Source of the DNA: Rhizaria sp. SCN 62-66 | Lineage: Eukaryota | Direction of reading: 5' to 3' | NCBI GenBank assembly: GCA_001724265.1 | Contig: MEDY01000188.1 | Location: 52,539-72,538, forward strand | DNA: 20,000 bases | In this document: positions 8,901 through 19,826 of the stretch, one piece after another | Numbering within the stretch: position 1 is the first letter of the stretch | Layout: each line of letters opens with the position of its first letter | Made by a program: the position numbers and the translations under genes | Notes under the pieces: model-generated | Told to the model about the DNA's origin: nothing | What the model saw: the letters and a program-made list of their open reading frames with translations, nothing else | Databases searched by the model: none

Positions 8901-10669
8901 ACGTAGCCCAGCACGCCCGAGGTGGCGAGCCGGTACAGGTCCAGCGAGCAGTGGTGCAGGTACGAGTGGTAGAACGGCAGCACGAACGCGGGGTCGTAGT
9001 GGCCGCCGCCCAGCCCGCCCGCGGCGGCGCGGCAGCCGTGGGACAGCGCGCCGTAAGCGTCGTCCTCGGAGACGGAGACGAGCGACACGGCGCCGCTCAG
9101 CTGCGCTGCGACAGAGAGATCGGCGCTCGCACCACCGGTGCTGGAACCAGCATCATCGGTGAGCGCAGCGTTGGCGTTGTGTTTCGCGAGCAAGTCCGGG
9201 TTGCAGAGCGCGGGAGGGGGCCCGGCGGCGAGGAGGTCGCTGCTGACGTTGGCGTCGACCCACATCACATCGGGGAAGAGCTCCTCGTCACCGCTCTCCT
9301 GGCCGGGCAGCCAGGGGCGGTTCTGCCGCTGCTCCTGCCGCTGCGCACTCTCGAGCGACGCGGCCATCGTGGCCGCCACAGCCACCTCCTGCGCGTCGAG
9401 CGAGGTCACGTGCGACTGCAGCACGCTCGCCTCGGCCACCAGCGCCAGCGCGCGCGCGGCCACGACGGCAGGCAGCGCGGGCGCTAGGTCCGTCACTACC
9501 GTCGCCGCGATGCGGGCCGCCGCGAAGGAGCCCACCGTCGCGGTCGCCGCCGCGGCCGTCACGGCGGCGCTGGGCGCGAGCGTGGCGGCCGTCGCAAACG
9601 GGTACGAACCGTGGCCTGTGGCCTGCGCAACCGCGGCGCGCTCTGCGGCGAGCGCCTCGGCCTCGGCGGCGGCGGCGGCGGCGGCCGTCTCAGCCAGGTC
9701 CGCAGCCGTGGCCGCGGCGATGGCTTTGTGCCACGCCTCGGCGTTCGCGCCCTCGGGGAGGCGGCTCGCGTCGCTGTCGTCCGCGCCGCCGCAGTGCTTG
9801 CGGACGAGCGCGGCGAGCGCGGCCGTGGCTGTGGAGATAATGTAGGACGCAACGGCGCGGCGGGCCACGGTGGAGCGGCCGGCCGCGCCCCACTTGCGCG
9901 TGTAGAGCGAGAAGAGCGACGGAAACGCCACGTCCAGAGCGCCGCTGTTCGCTGACTCAGCAGCGCCAGCGGTACTCGTGGGTGAGCCCGTGGCGGCGGG
10001 CATGACGATGGCCTGGATGCGGGAGAGGATCGCCGACAGCAGCCGGTCCGCAGGACTGGTGGTGGCGCCGTACGCGGCGAGCAGCACGCGCACCAGAGGC
10101 ATGTGCGCGTCGAGCGAAGAAGAAAACCACGGCAGCCCGGGCGCGGCCGCGGCGGCGGCGGCAGCCTTAGCCTTCTTGTGAGCCTTCTTAGCCTTCTCGC
10201 GTTTGTCGTGTTCATCATTATCGCTATCGGTGCCGCTGTCGGTGTCGCTCTCCCTGTCGGCGCTAGCCTTGGCGGCGGCGGGCTTGGTGAAGAGCTGGTT
10301 AATCAGCGACAGCAGACTGACCGTGGCCGCCGCGGAGGCGGCAGCGTCGGCAACGGCCACAGCGCCCGCGGCACCGTTGGCGCCGTTGGTGACGGCGGCC
10401 GTGGCGCTCAGCATCACGCTCGACGCGATCACGGTCGGGTCAGCCCCGCCGACGACACCGCCGCTGCCACTGCCACTACCCTTGGAGCTAGAGTCAGCGC
10501 CGGCGCCCGCGGCGGAGGCCGAGGCGGAGGCGGCGGAGGCGGCCTGCGCGCGCGCGGTGGCGAGCAGCGCGGGCGCGTCGACGGCGCGCATGGCGGGGCA
10601 GACCGTGGGCAGGAACAGCGGCGCGGAGGAGACGAGGTAAAAGATGTCCGGGTTGTGCAAATACATGTC
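5963..10669 (-). CDS. URB1: URB1/Npa1 nucleolar pre-ribosomal-associated protein 1, exon 3 (NopRA1 C-terminal domain)
   Basis: Contains YDPAFVLP...LATSGVLGYVIRCCSL...LRALAYACL...FADQAQLLTLLMVLRNTV...RLPNLATVFLAKSASVIL...FNRFLLGKPALD...LLSFADSPACD, which I recognise as the URB1 C-terminal (NopRA1) signature. Acceptor cacacag|GAC at 10670/10669. TAA at 5965..5963 is followed by AT-rich sequence. Confidence 0.88.
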   Translation of the reverse strand, partial: DMYLHNPDIFYLVSSAPLFLPTVCPAMRAVDAPALLATARAQAASAASASASAAGAGADSSSKGSGSGSGGVVGGADPTVIASSVMLSATAAVTNGANGAAGAVAVADAAASAAATVSLLSLINQLFTKPAAAKASADRESDTDSGTDSDNDEHDKREKAKKAHKKAKAAAAAAAAPGLPWFSSSLDAHMPLVRVLLAAYGATTSPADRLLSAILSRIQAIVMPAATGSPTSTAGAAESANSGALDVAFPSLFSLYTRKWGAAGRSTVARRAVASYIISTATAALAALVRKHCGGADDSDASRLPEGANAEAWHKAIAAATAADLAETAAAAAAAEAEALAAERAAVAQATGHGSYPFATAATLAPSAAVTAAAATATVGSFAAARIAATVVTDLAPALPAVVAARALALVAEASVLQSHVTSLDAQEVAVAATMAASLESAQRQEQRQNRPWLPGQESGDEELFPDVMWVDANVSSDLLAAGPPPALCNPDLLAKHNANAALTDDAGSSTGGASADLSVAAQLSGAVSLVSVSEDDAYGALSHGCRAAAGGLGGGHYDPAFVLPFYHSYLHHCSLDLYRLATSGVLGYVIRCCSLTAPRLRALAYACLARVMGLLQRLVARTARRRQASREKRERLSQWEKQDRERALRKKLRELNVNIDEYMAYGEDGTRKADEFDSDYDGNGDDNNNDGWDRRRHRRGRGGDGDDDDGGKRAGDDAGEAEVTGWGTGPYDEQGYLPTDSFADQAQLLTLLMVLRNTVTSPNQRLPNLATVFLAKSASVILAHHSPLCGAFNRFLLGKPALDTRKVQLFGALMHTNSLNYRHHHAFLFKYLHDAMICHEDAVVLARRRMWPALLSFADSPACDRATLVLLLRFLLRAVAVSPGAAYTLVQQHGVVAWLRGLADGSHPVLNSGGGGTEAALGASAAGPDGSANAVALAGSGSGSSSVAAAAAGAPGSLLALLGVSAPASTPATVAGTDSVVASADETVGSGVRGLSHTATEAAAIASTVLAQIAAAMLSHNAYLTARRLAGEQLDSDSDSNSDSSDADDDDASDSESDSESESESENRKRRRATARAAAAAPAAGGPVTVTSLQISAATALSLSAEAVTARVPPALPLSLHATVATFAANAAALATALAATDKASDASSTPRKLRQAREVADATRAPLVSLPWASALAAYLTAGLDGRRGAAGTGASALGQFAPYGHARGFCFTAAAATAAAAAASVAARDSVAAAAAAVVPAVPAAAPLPVRVLTALTAAFVSHCALWRPAPTPAHVLATAPVAAAASAAASARSLAAALAVGLNLCAAVTESASSVARTRTGDGESEARVAATAVARFVADASAAVASLSHYAHALLLACATRGAALARLNRACRRSTATTAAAAAGAATGAATASAGGVRTLLLALMQRAGAEAATATAAAGEALAPVPVAAAAPARGRRASTKTKASVTAVADTAAAVDAVEPKSKSRSKAKTAELAAAAAREPDSDPDAGVEKKEAEEETVVGARVKRARKTTAAKLDESDDDSGDDSDGKEAAVEAPQRVTRPSSRHAVTVETSEKKRSKK
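7470..7565 (-). repeat. Ser-Asp/Ser-Glu dipeptide (hexamer) repeat followed by a basic RKRRR cluster in URB1
   Basis: (GACTCG)n-like run on the + strand encoding DSDSDSNSDSSDADDDDASDSESDSESESESE, then NRKRRR (putative NLS). Confidence 0.75.
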
Positions 10670-10825
10670 CTGTGTGTGTGTGGAAGGGGTTAAAAAAAGA
10701 GAGAGTGAAGCATTAGATGTGAGAAAATGAATATAAAGATTGAAAAAAGGGGAAAGCATTCACATTTAGTTCGAAATATGATGCACTCGCAATATAGTCA
10801 CAAGATTGCTTCAAATACAACGTAC
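10670..10825 (-). other. URB1 intron 2 (156 nt, phase 0, GT-AG)
   Basis: Donor CAG|GTACGT, AT-rich body, pyrimidine tract, acceptor ACACAG|. Splicing joins the two long ORFs in frame (PGQ|DMY). Confidence 0.9.
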
Positions 10826-13800
10826 CTGTCCAGGATCCTGTTCGAGCGTGACTGCGGCCGCGAACGCCTCAACAGAGCCACCCAGCGTCTTCGTCAGCGC
10901 CTTAGCCAGCTCCTTGGTCACCGCGGCCGCCGCGGCGCCACTGTACACTGCCGCTACGCCGCCACCGGCGGTGCTGCCACGGGGGACCGCGGGCAGAGGC
11001 AGGTCGCGCGCGCGCAGCAGCAGGCTGACGGCATCGGCCGTGCGCGGCGCGTCGAGCCGCGCCTGCAGCGCCGTGATGACGAAGCGGTTCAGGCTCTTGC
11101 GAGTCCGCTGGCGGGCTGCCGCAGCCGCCGCGGTCAGGGTGGCGGCGTCGACCTTGGCAATGGCCTTGCCAGCGTTGCCGCCGTTGCCGCCGCTGCTGTA
11201 GTGCGCAGAGAGCGGAGCGGCAGCGACCAGCAGCGCGGCCCAGGCCGAGGCCGAGGCGAGCACGGCCAGCGGCTCCAGAGCGCCGCGCGCCCTGTCGGTC
11301 GCGACGGCAAGGATGCCGATGAGCAGCGCCAGCAGGTCTTGCTCGAGCGCGACTACGGCAACGCCCTCTGCGTCGGCACTGACAGCGCCTGTCTTGCCAC
11401 TGCTTCCGCTCTCAGCGGCCGCGGCGGCGGCGGCAGCAGAAGAGGCCAGGGGGAACACAGTGGTGAGCGCGGACAGCGTCTCGCTGAAGACGACGCCGCG
11501 GGCCACGAACTGGCAGTGCTTCAGAGTCGCGATCGTGCCGGCATCGGCTAATGGATCAGTAAACACGGCGCTATCGTTGCTGAGGCCGAAGAGAAAGGGG
11601 AGCGAGGCGGTGGCTGCGACGGCACGCGCGGCCGCGGTTGCGGGGCCCCGGCCAACTGCAGCGCTGCCGCTCTTTGTCCCGGCGCTAGAGCCGTCGGTCA
11701 TAGCGCGGGAGGCGGCCTTCTTGGCCTTGGCAGCGGCCTTCGCGGCGGCCTCAGCGGCGGAGACGGCGGCCAAGAGAGCGTCCGTGGCGGCGGCGACGGT
11801 GCCGGCGCGCGCGCAAGCGGGGGCGGCGGCGTACACGGTGCGCGCCGAGGCGGCCAGCGAGGCGGCGGCGACCGCGTCGGTCTCGGCAGCAGCCTCGGCG
11901 TCCGAGTCGGCGCTAGCCTCGGCCTCTGTGACGGCGGTGGCGGAGGCGGCGGCGAGCGCGAGGACGGCGCGTGCGATGTGGGGCAGCAGAGAAAACATCG
12001 CCGTCTTGACAGCGCCGATGGCAGCCGCCGCGCTTGCGCTGCTGTCGCCGCTGCCGACGATCGCCGCGGCGACCTCGATCAGCGGCGCCGCAGCCGCAAC
12101 GACACTGGCGCTGATGTTGCCGTCGCCGTTGCCGCCGCTGATTGTGGACAGCAAGGAGCTGAGAGCGGTCGCCGTTGCTTTGGCGACGGCACCGACAACG
12201 GCGGGGGCCTCGGTCGCCGCCAGCACAGTGCACACAGTCTCCGCGCGCGCCTGCGCCACGGCAAACGCGGTCTCGCGGCCAGAGTCTGCAGTGTTCGCGC
12301 CCGCACTGTCCGCGCGCGCTTGAGTGTGAGGTGCGGGCAGGAGCGCGGAGACGAAGTGGACGCACGCCGCCACCACCGCGTTGCTGCCGGCCTCGATCTG
12401 TTGCTGTGGAGCGGCGTGACAGAGCATTGACGCGACGTCCACGAGGCGCGACGACACCAGGAGCGAGAGCATGCGCTCCTCGCTGCTGCGCTGGCCGCCG
12501 CTGACCACACCACCGGCGACATCGCGCTCGTCACTCATGCTGTTGCTGTTTGCGGAGAGTACGAGCTCGGCAACTGCGGCCACGACGGCGGCGGGCGCGG
12601 CGGCGGCGAAGGCTGGACCGAAGCGCGGCGCAGCGAGCGCGGCGGCCAGCGGAGCAGTGACCCCACCGACAGCCTTGCTCCTGCTGCCGCTGCTGTTGCT
12701 GCTCGCGGTGGTGGCGGCGGCGGTGGCGGCGGCGGCGACCTCGGCGACCTGGGCGACCGTAAGCAGCGGCGACATCGTGTCCAACGCCGCGACCGTGAGC
12801 CGCAGCAGCCCCGCGCTGAGGCTGCAGCAGTGGGCCGCGGGGGCGCAGTGTCGAGTGAAGGCGCGCGCCGCGGCGGCGGCGTAGGTGACCGCGAGCTCAG
12901 TCAGCAGCGGCGTCCAGTGCGCGGCGGCGCAGGTCGCGAAGGCGCGGGCCACGGCCGCGGCCGAGCGGAGCGAGATCGACCGCGCGGCAGAGAGAGGAAC
13001 TGTGAGCGTGGGGACCAAGGCGGACTGGGCGGTCTTCGCGGTGCCGCTGCGAGGGGCGTTTGCGGTGAGGGCGGACTCGGCGATGAGGGCGGTGACGTGG
13101 CGCGTCACAACCGCGGCGACACGCGCAGTTACACTCGCACCAGAGCTCTCAGATTCAGCAGATTCGCTGTCAATGTGCGCAGCGCCGCCGTGGCCGCAGT
13201 AGAGCGCTTGCAGCACCGGCGACGCTAGCGCCAGCGCAGTGATGCCGGCGGCTGCGTCGGGCGCGGCGCCGCTGCGCACCGCGGCCGCGGCGGAGGAGAG
13301 CACGATCGAGCGCAGGGTTCCGAGAAAGTCATTGAGGAGGGCGATGACCGCGTCCGACACTTCTGCATCCGCGTCCGCAGCGGCGTGCTGGGTGAGGGCG
13401 ACGGCGGCGGACTCGATGCAGGTGAGCGCGGCGCGCGCGGCGGCGGTGGGGGCGCCGGCCGCGGCGATCGTCTGCAGCAGCCACGCCAGGAAGCGCCTCA
13501 CCGCACCGTCACCGCCACCGTGGGCGCTGTAAGCGCGCAGCACGGGGTCGCTCAGCGCGGCCTCGCGGCCCACCGCGCCGGCGGCGGCGGCGGCGGCGAC
13601 GGCGACAGCGTGCGCGACGGGCGCGGCGACGAGCGCGACGGCCGAGGCCGGGCGCGCCGCCAGCAGTCCCAGCAGCAGCACAGCGGCCGGCGACAGTGCG
13701 CCCGCCGTGACGGCGGCCGTCAACGAGGCCGGGAACAACGCGCGCGGGTCCCGCGCCGACTGCGCCTGCGAGCCCTCGCTCAGCGCCAGCGCGGTGAGCT

Positions 13801-16800
13801 CGCGCAGTGCAACACCGCCGTCGCCACTGCTGTCGCCGATAGCGAAGATCGCGCTGACCGCGTGCGAGACGGCAGGCACCTGCGCCCAGACGGGGGGCGG
13901 GTGCACGCACGTCAGGCCGCCGTCGGCCCCGCTAGCCGTCGTGTGGTCCGCTGTAAGGATCACGGGGACCGGGGCGGCGATGGCGGTGACGGCGTGCACG
14001 AGCGCCTGCCGGTTGCCCACGCCGAGGCTGCGGGCCAGCAGCCCGCTCGCGTCGACGGCGTTCGTGGCGTCGGCCGCGTTGGCTTCGTCGAGCGCAGCGC
14101 CCGCAGCGACGGCGGCGCAGTCGCCGGGGATGTAAGTGCCGCGCGCGTTGATGTAAGTGCTCGGGGGCACGGTGAGCGAGGCGTTGAGCAGCGCGTCGAG
14201 GTTGTCGCCGGCCCAGGCCGCCACGCCCTCGGTTGCCTCAGTCACCGCGCGGGCCCAGCGGGCGAACTCGGCCGCCGCCGCACTGCTAGCAGTCGAGCTG
14301 ACGGCCTTGCTCTTACTCTTGGCAGTCTTGCTACTCTTGCTAGACTTGCTGCCGTGGCTGGGATCTTCGTCGTTATCGTTGCTGTTGTCGGCGAGCAGCA
14401 GCACGGGCGCCGCGCCGGGGTCCGCGCTGGCCGCCGCGAGCGAGGCCATCACGGTCGCGTCGCTTGACACGCCGCGCGCCGCCGCGGCCTCCCCCGCGGC
14501 CACCGCCGTGTCAGCCTCCCAGGGCGGCAGCGCGGCAAGCCAGAAGTTAAGCCGCGGGGGCAGTGCTGGGGCCAGGAGCGCGAAGGGCACGGGCAGCGCC
14601 CAGGGCGTGAGCACGGCGCCGACGTAGATGCCCGCGCTGTCGGCCGTGGCGGCCAGAAGGCTGTGCGACGGGTTCGCCACCGCGTCCAGCTGCACCAACC
14701 GCGGGCCCACAGTTGCAGTCGCAGAGTGACCGTGAGCAGCGCTCGAATGACCGTGGGCCGCGGTGGCGCGGGCGACCATGGTGCGGAGCAGCGCCTGCAC
14801 GGTGGGATGCGAGCACATCCACGAGTCCGCGAACGGCAGCGGCGCGCTTGCGCTCGCGCCCGCGGCAGTCGAGCCAGCAGCAGCAACAGCGGCAGCGGCG
14901 GCGGCAGGGGAGACGCCGGTGGCGACCGCGGTGGCCGTGGCAGCGGCGGCGGCGAGCAACGGCGCGGGCAGAGAGAGCAACGCGTACATGTAGGCAGCCG
15001 CGGCCGCGCCGGCCGGCACGGTCACCGCAACGGCGGTGTGCGCGCTACTATGGACGTATGCGGGGACGGCGGCGGTGCAGACGCCGATGGTGGCGGTGAC
15101 GACGTCTGCGACGAGCCGTACGCAGGCCTCGCGGACCGGCCCCGGCGCCGTGTGGAGGAGCTCGAACAGCGCGGCCTGGACCAGTACGCTCACGCCGCCC
15201 GCGCCCGCCGCCGTCTCGGCCGTCAGCGCGGCGACGAGCGGGGCCGGAAAGGCGTGGCGGCGCGCGACGGCCAACGCCACGGCGGTGTTGTTGCCGCCCA
15301 CGGCCGTGGTAAGCACCGTCTCGAAGAAGTTCAGCGTCTCCCAGGAGAGGTGCGACAGCCAGCACTCGACCTCAGCCGCCGCGGCCGCGGAGGCGCGGGA
15401 CCGCGCGAGTGCGAGGGCCAGAGCGCGGGCGCGGGCGGCGGCGGCGCTCGAGTCAGTGCTGCCGGCTTGGTCGCTGTCAGCGTCGGCAGTATCCCCCGTC
15501 GCGCTGCTGCTGTTGCCGCTGTTGTTGCCGCGGCGGACTCCGCTGGGATTGTTGACGGCGTCCTGATGCTGCACGAGCGTTGCCGTAAGCAGCGTCAGCA
15601 GCGCCCGGCGCGCGCCCGCGGCGGCGGCCGTCGCGGCGGCGGCGGCGGCGGCCGAGGAGGTGCCGCCCACAGTTGCCGTCCAGTCAGGCAGCAGCGCGTG
15701 GGCTAGTGGCGCCACGCTGCTGCCCAGGCCGACGTTCTTGCCGTTCCCCGCAGCGACAACAACAGCCTTGCTCGCGCTCGCACCAGCACTCGCGCCGGTA
15801 GTATCGTGGCCCACGAGGGGGAAGTGGGCGGCGGAGAAGGCGTCCGCGGCGGCCGGGTGCACCAGCGTGACCGTGGGCGGCGCCGGGGTCGCCGCGAAGG
15901 CCAGCCGCAACAAGAGACCCAGCGGCGTGAAGGGCGGGTACACGGCGACGCGGTTCGCGTTCAGGCCGCACGGCGCGCTACTCCACGTGTCCGACACGAC
16001 GCCCGCGCTCGCAATCACCCTCGCGCTCGCACTTGCGCTCGCGCTGTCATTGTTCAAAGTAAAGCCGCCGATGCGCCAAACATTGGACGCGTTGACGGCG
16101 GCGGGCAGCGGCGGCAGCGGTACTGCCCCCGCGGCGGCCGTGGCAGTGGTCGGCGGCTGCCAGTGGAGGCCCGGCACGGCCGCGCCCGAGGCCGCCGCGG
16201 TGGCGCAGTGGGACACGGCCGCGGCGGGCAGCGTGGTGGGGTGCACAACGTGGTAGGCGATGGGCTTGAGCAGAGTCGCGAGGGACTGCGGGTGGCCGCG
16301 GGACGTGACCAGTCGAGCCGCCACTACGGCAGCCGTGGTCGCTGCGGACTCGGACTCGGCGCCGGCGGAGCCCACGCCCACAGAGGCGCCGAAGCTGTAG
16401 TGGTCGTCAGCACCACCCGTGGTACCTGTGACACTGCCGGTGAGCATGCGTACGAGCGCGTGCTGCGAGGCGGGCGGGTAGCTTAGCACCGCGGGCCGCA
16501 GCAATTTCCAGGGCTCGAAGCGCACTTCCGCGGCGGCGGCGGGAAACAGCGCAACGTACGACGCGAGCGCGCGGATGACCGTGGCGTGACAGAGCTCGGC
16601 CGCGGGGGCCGAGGTGAGCACGCCCGCCGCGGCGAAGACCAGCGCCTGCGCCTGGGCGGGGGACATGCCGGCCAGCGCGGGGGCCACAAACAGACTGGAG
16701 CCCAGGCTGCTACCATCGGCGTGGGCGTTCTGAGAAGAGTAGGGCGTGACGAGCCACATGCGGACCGCGGCGGCCGTCAACGGCTTGCCGCTCTGCTCAA

Positions 16801-17167
16801 TGCTTTTCGCGGGGGCGGGCGCGGGCAACTGCAGCAGCATGTGCGGCGGCAGCGACGCGTGGGGCGCCGCGGCCAGCTCAGCGGCGAACTTGCTCTTGAC
16901 GATCACTTGCAGCAGCGGCAGCACGGCGCGGAGCCGCGTGTGCTGCGACCGGGGGCCAGTCAACACCGCACCGGCGCTGCCGTACCCAGCGTATCCACCG
17001 CCGCCGCCCTCTCCTCGGGCAGCACCGGCGACGCCCGCGACGGTGACGCCGGTGCTGCCCGAGGAGAGGGCGGCGGCGGCGGCGGTGAGCGCGGTGTAGC
17101 GGGTGAGCACAGCGTCGACCAGCACGGCCGTCAGCAGACGGATCAGCGGCGAGGGGTGCAGGAAACC
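10826..17167 (-). CDS. URB1: URB1 exon 2 (6342 nt, very Ala-rich central region)
   Basis: 2114 uninterrupted codons between acceptor CTCCAG|GGT (17168/17167) and donor CAG|GT (10826/10825). Begins GFLHPSPLIRLLTAVLV, continuing the Npa1-region motif from exon 1. Confidence 0.85.
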
Positions 17168-17360
17168 CTGGAGTCAGTCAGCCCAAGTCAAAACAAAAGA
17201 AAGTGAAATAGAAGAATGTGAGATACAATATCTACGTGATCGACAAAGCACCAGTAATTGAAAAGATAAGGTCATCGGAAACAACAATACGAAAGTTAAA
17301 TGTTGGTGAAGATGCGAGTACAGTGAGATATATACGTCGCGAGTCATGTTCAAGTCGTAC
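17168..17360 (-). other. URB1 intron 1 (193 nt, phase 0, GT-AG)
   Basis: Donor CAG|GTACGA, AT-rich body, CTGAC branch-like motifs just before acceptor CTCCAG|. In-frame join HLHQ|GFLH. Confidence 0.9.
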
Positions 17361-19130
17361 CTGGTGGAGGTGGGTCTGGCTGAGCGTCGAGGGCACCGCC
17401 AGCGACAGCGGCGTGGGCAGGCACCCGGCTGCCTTGGCCGAGCCGCCGCCCGCGCCGAGCAGGGCGGCGGCGGCGGCGGAGATCGGGGCGGAAAAGGCGC
17501 CGGCGGGGGCGCACCCAGCAGTCCCGGTCGGCGCGAGGTCGAAGAAAGCCTCCGTGGAGAGCAGTACGTCTGGCGCAACGGGCAGGCTGAAGATGCGGAG
17601 CACGAGCGCGACGGCGGCGAGCCACTTGGCCGAGGTGCGCGGCTCGAGCTGGTAGGGAAACGCGGCCAGGTAGGGCGCCACAAGCGGCGGGCAGCGCGCA
17701 AGGGCCGCGACAACAAGCGCCTGCTGCGCGGGGTCCTCGTGGGCCCGCAGCGTCGAGAGCAGCTTGAGCAGCGAGAGCCGCTGGCTGCGGGGGGCGAACA
17801 CCACGCCCGCCGCAGCCGCCGCAGTGCTCGAGGTGCCAGCGCCGACGATAGCGGTGCCGGTCTGCGCGGACACGCGGGTGGGGTTTGTGACAATCACCGC
17901 GGGCTCGGAGGCCAAGTGCACCGCAGTCAAAGTGCCACCAGCGCCGCCGTTGCCCGTCGCGGCAGACGCGGCAGCCGCGGCGGCCGTGGCGTTCTGGCTC
18001 GCGCCAAACCGCTTGCGGCCGCCGTGGGCCTTGCCGCCGGAGCCGGAGCCACTGGCGCCGCTGGAGCTGCCAGAGTCGGACTTGCTGTGGCCGTGGAGCG
18101 CGCTGGCGACTGGCGGCGTGAGGAGCGCGTCGATGAGCGTGGCGACGAACGCGGAGACCGCTTCGCGGTGCGCGGGCGAGACGGCGAAGAGCTGCGCAAG
18201 GGCCTCGAACACCGTCTGCGTGCACAGGGGGCCGAGGCGCGTGCGGAGCGAGATGGTGGAGACCGTGAGCAGCGAGGAAGTCAGGCCGCTGAGAAAGCGC
18301 GCGAGCGCGGCGGCGGAGTCCTCGGCGGCGTGTAGCAGCGGCTGGGTGACGAAGCCGCGCACGAACGACACGTGCGTGGTCAACGCGGCGTCGCGCCAGG
18401 CCAGAAAGGCGAGGACAAGGTCAGCGAAGAGGCCGCGGGCTGCAAGCCAGCTGAGCCGGGTCGCCTCGGCGCTCTGCCTGCTGCTTGCGGCGGTAGCCGA
18501 GCTGCTGTCATCCTTGTTGTCATCGTCGTTGTTGTTGTTGTTGTCCTTGGCGCTGCTGTGGTTGTTGTCGCGGCCGTAGACAGCGCGGAAAGCCCTGTCA
18601 GTGACGGCGAGGAAGTGCCTGTTGCCGAGCGGGTACTTGGTTGCGAGCTCGAGCGCCGTGGCGCGAGACACGCGGGCACACGCCAGCAGCGCGCGCAGGC
18701 CCGCCGCCACGGGGACCGGGTCCTCCGCGTTGGCCAAGTGCTCGATGCGGCGGCCGTGCGAGTCGACCAGTGTGTGCGCGAGGCCCGTGGCCGCGGCGGG
18801 GCGGTGAGTCGGCAGCGTGGGATCGATGAAGCACGAGAGCGTGTCGAGCACGGCGCTGACGGAGGTGAAGGAGCCGCAGCGATCGCGGTCCGCCGAGTTG
18901 AGCAACGCGAAGAGCTCCACGCACTCGGCCGAAGAGTCGGCGTAGGACGCAAGCACGGCCTCGGTCGTCGCGGCCGCTTCAGCGGCCTGCGCGTCGTGCG
19001 TGGCATAGTAGCCGCGCAGACTGGCGAGCTGCGCGGCCCAGCGCACGAGCCCCTCCGTGACGGCCGCGGCGTCGTCGTGCGTCAGGTACGTCAGCAGCTC
19101 GCGCAAGGAGCGGATCGGGCGGCGGGACAT
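17361..19130 (-). CDS. URB1: URB1 exon 1 (Npa1 N-terminal domain)
   Basis: ATG at 19130, 590 codons. Motifs YADSSAECVELFALL and LLKLLSTLRAHEDPAQQALVVAALARCPPLVAPYLAAFPYQLEPRTSAKW resemble the URB1/Npa1 N-terminal region. Confidence 0.85.
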
Positions 19131-19826
19131 AGCGCGCGCGGGAACCGATACGGAGCAGGGAGGCTGCTTGTGCTGCTGATGTGAAGGTTTGGGTGTCGAG
19201 GCAGGTGAACAGATCGAGATTGATACCGGTCGAGCTCTGCAGGAGCCTGGTTTTGAGGCTAGCGGAGACCTGAGTGATGGCGCGTAGTAGAGTGTTTGTT
19301 AGAAAGAGCTGAACAACGGTGCGTAGACTACCAGAGTCAACAACCGGGTCCTGGTGGTGGCGAAAGCGGAGAGCAAAGTGAAGGTTGAGCAAGTGTGAGA
19401 TAAGGGGTTAGAAAGGAATGAATATAAGACCAGGATGATCACCAGTAGATGTGTAATAATAAATTCTGATACACGACAGGTAATCCTGTCTTGGGGTGAT
19501 AATTAAATGCTATTATGATGATGGTGTAGAGTATTATTCGCATCTACCGAAACCGCACAGTCACGGTTGGTGGTTGGACGGTAGCTCAAGCAGCAGTGGA
19601 CCGAAAAAGTCGGTTGATAGAAAAACGAGAGAGAGACAAGCGAAGCTGCGGCACGTTCAAAGACGATGTTATGCGAGACAACCGAGCGTCATAACCATAT
19701 TCTGGTCATATATCAAATAATTAACGAGCTCGTGTCTCTTATAATTATTGCTGCATGCGCTGCCCTCGCACTTTTCCTCACTTTCAACCTCTCCTCATTC
19801 GACTCATTCTCACTGGCTGTTTGCAG
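19131..19826. promoter_or_regulatory. Divergent (bidirectional) intergenic region between URB1 and RPL13
   Basis: 696 bp of lower-GC sequence between oppositely oriented ATGs (19130 minus, 19827 plus), with pyrimidine tracts facing each gene. Confidence 0.6.

Noticed and set aside
5896..19184. Dozens of plus-strand and alternate-frame ORFs (up to ~390 aa) overlapping URB1
   Set aside because: Shadow ORFs expected from very high GC and GCN-rich codons; the products are Arg/Gly/Ala low-complexity with no recognisable motifs.
18979..19392. 137-aa minus-strand ORF overlapping the URB1 start, as a possible upstream coding exon
   Set aside because: Non-ATG start, different frame from URB1 exon 1 and no conserved motifs; more likely 5' UTR.
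19475..19615. Possible intronic box C/D snoRNA or structured RNA (ATGATGA at 19515-19521; short hairpins at 19526-19547, 19551-19568, 19600-19614)
   Set aside because: No downstream CTGA box D, and the stems are only 5 bp, within chance. An Infernal/Rfam search would settle it.
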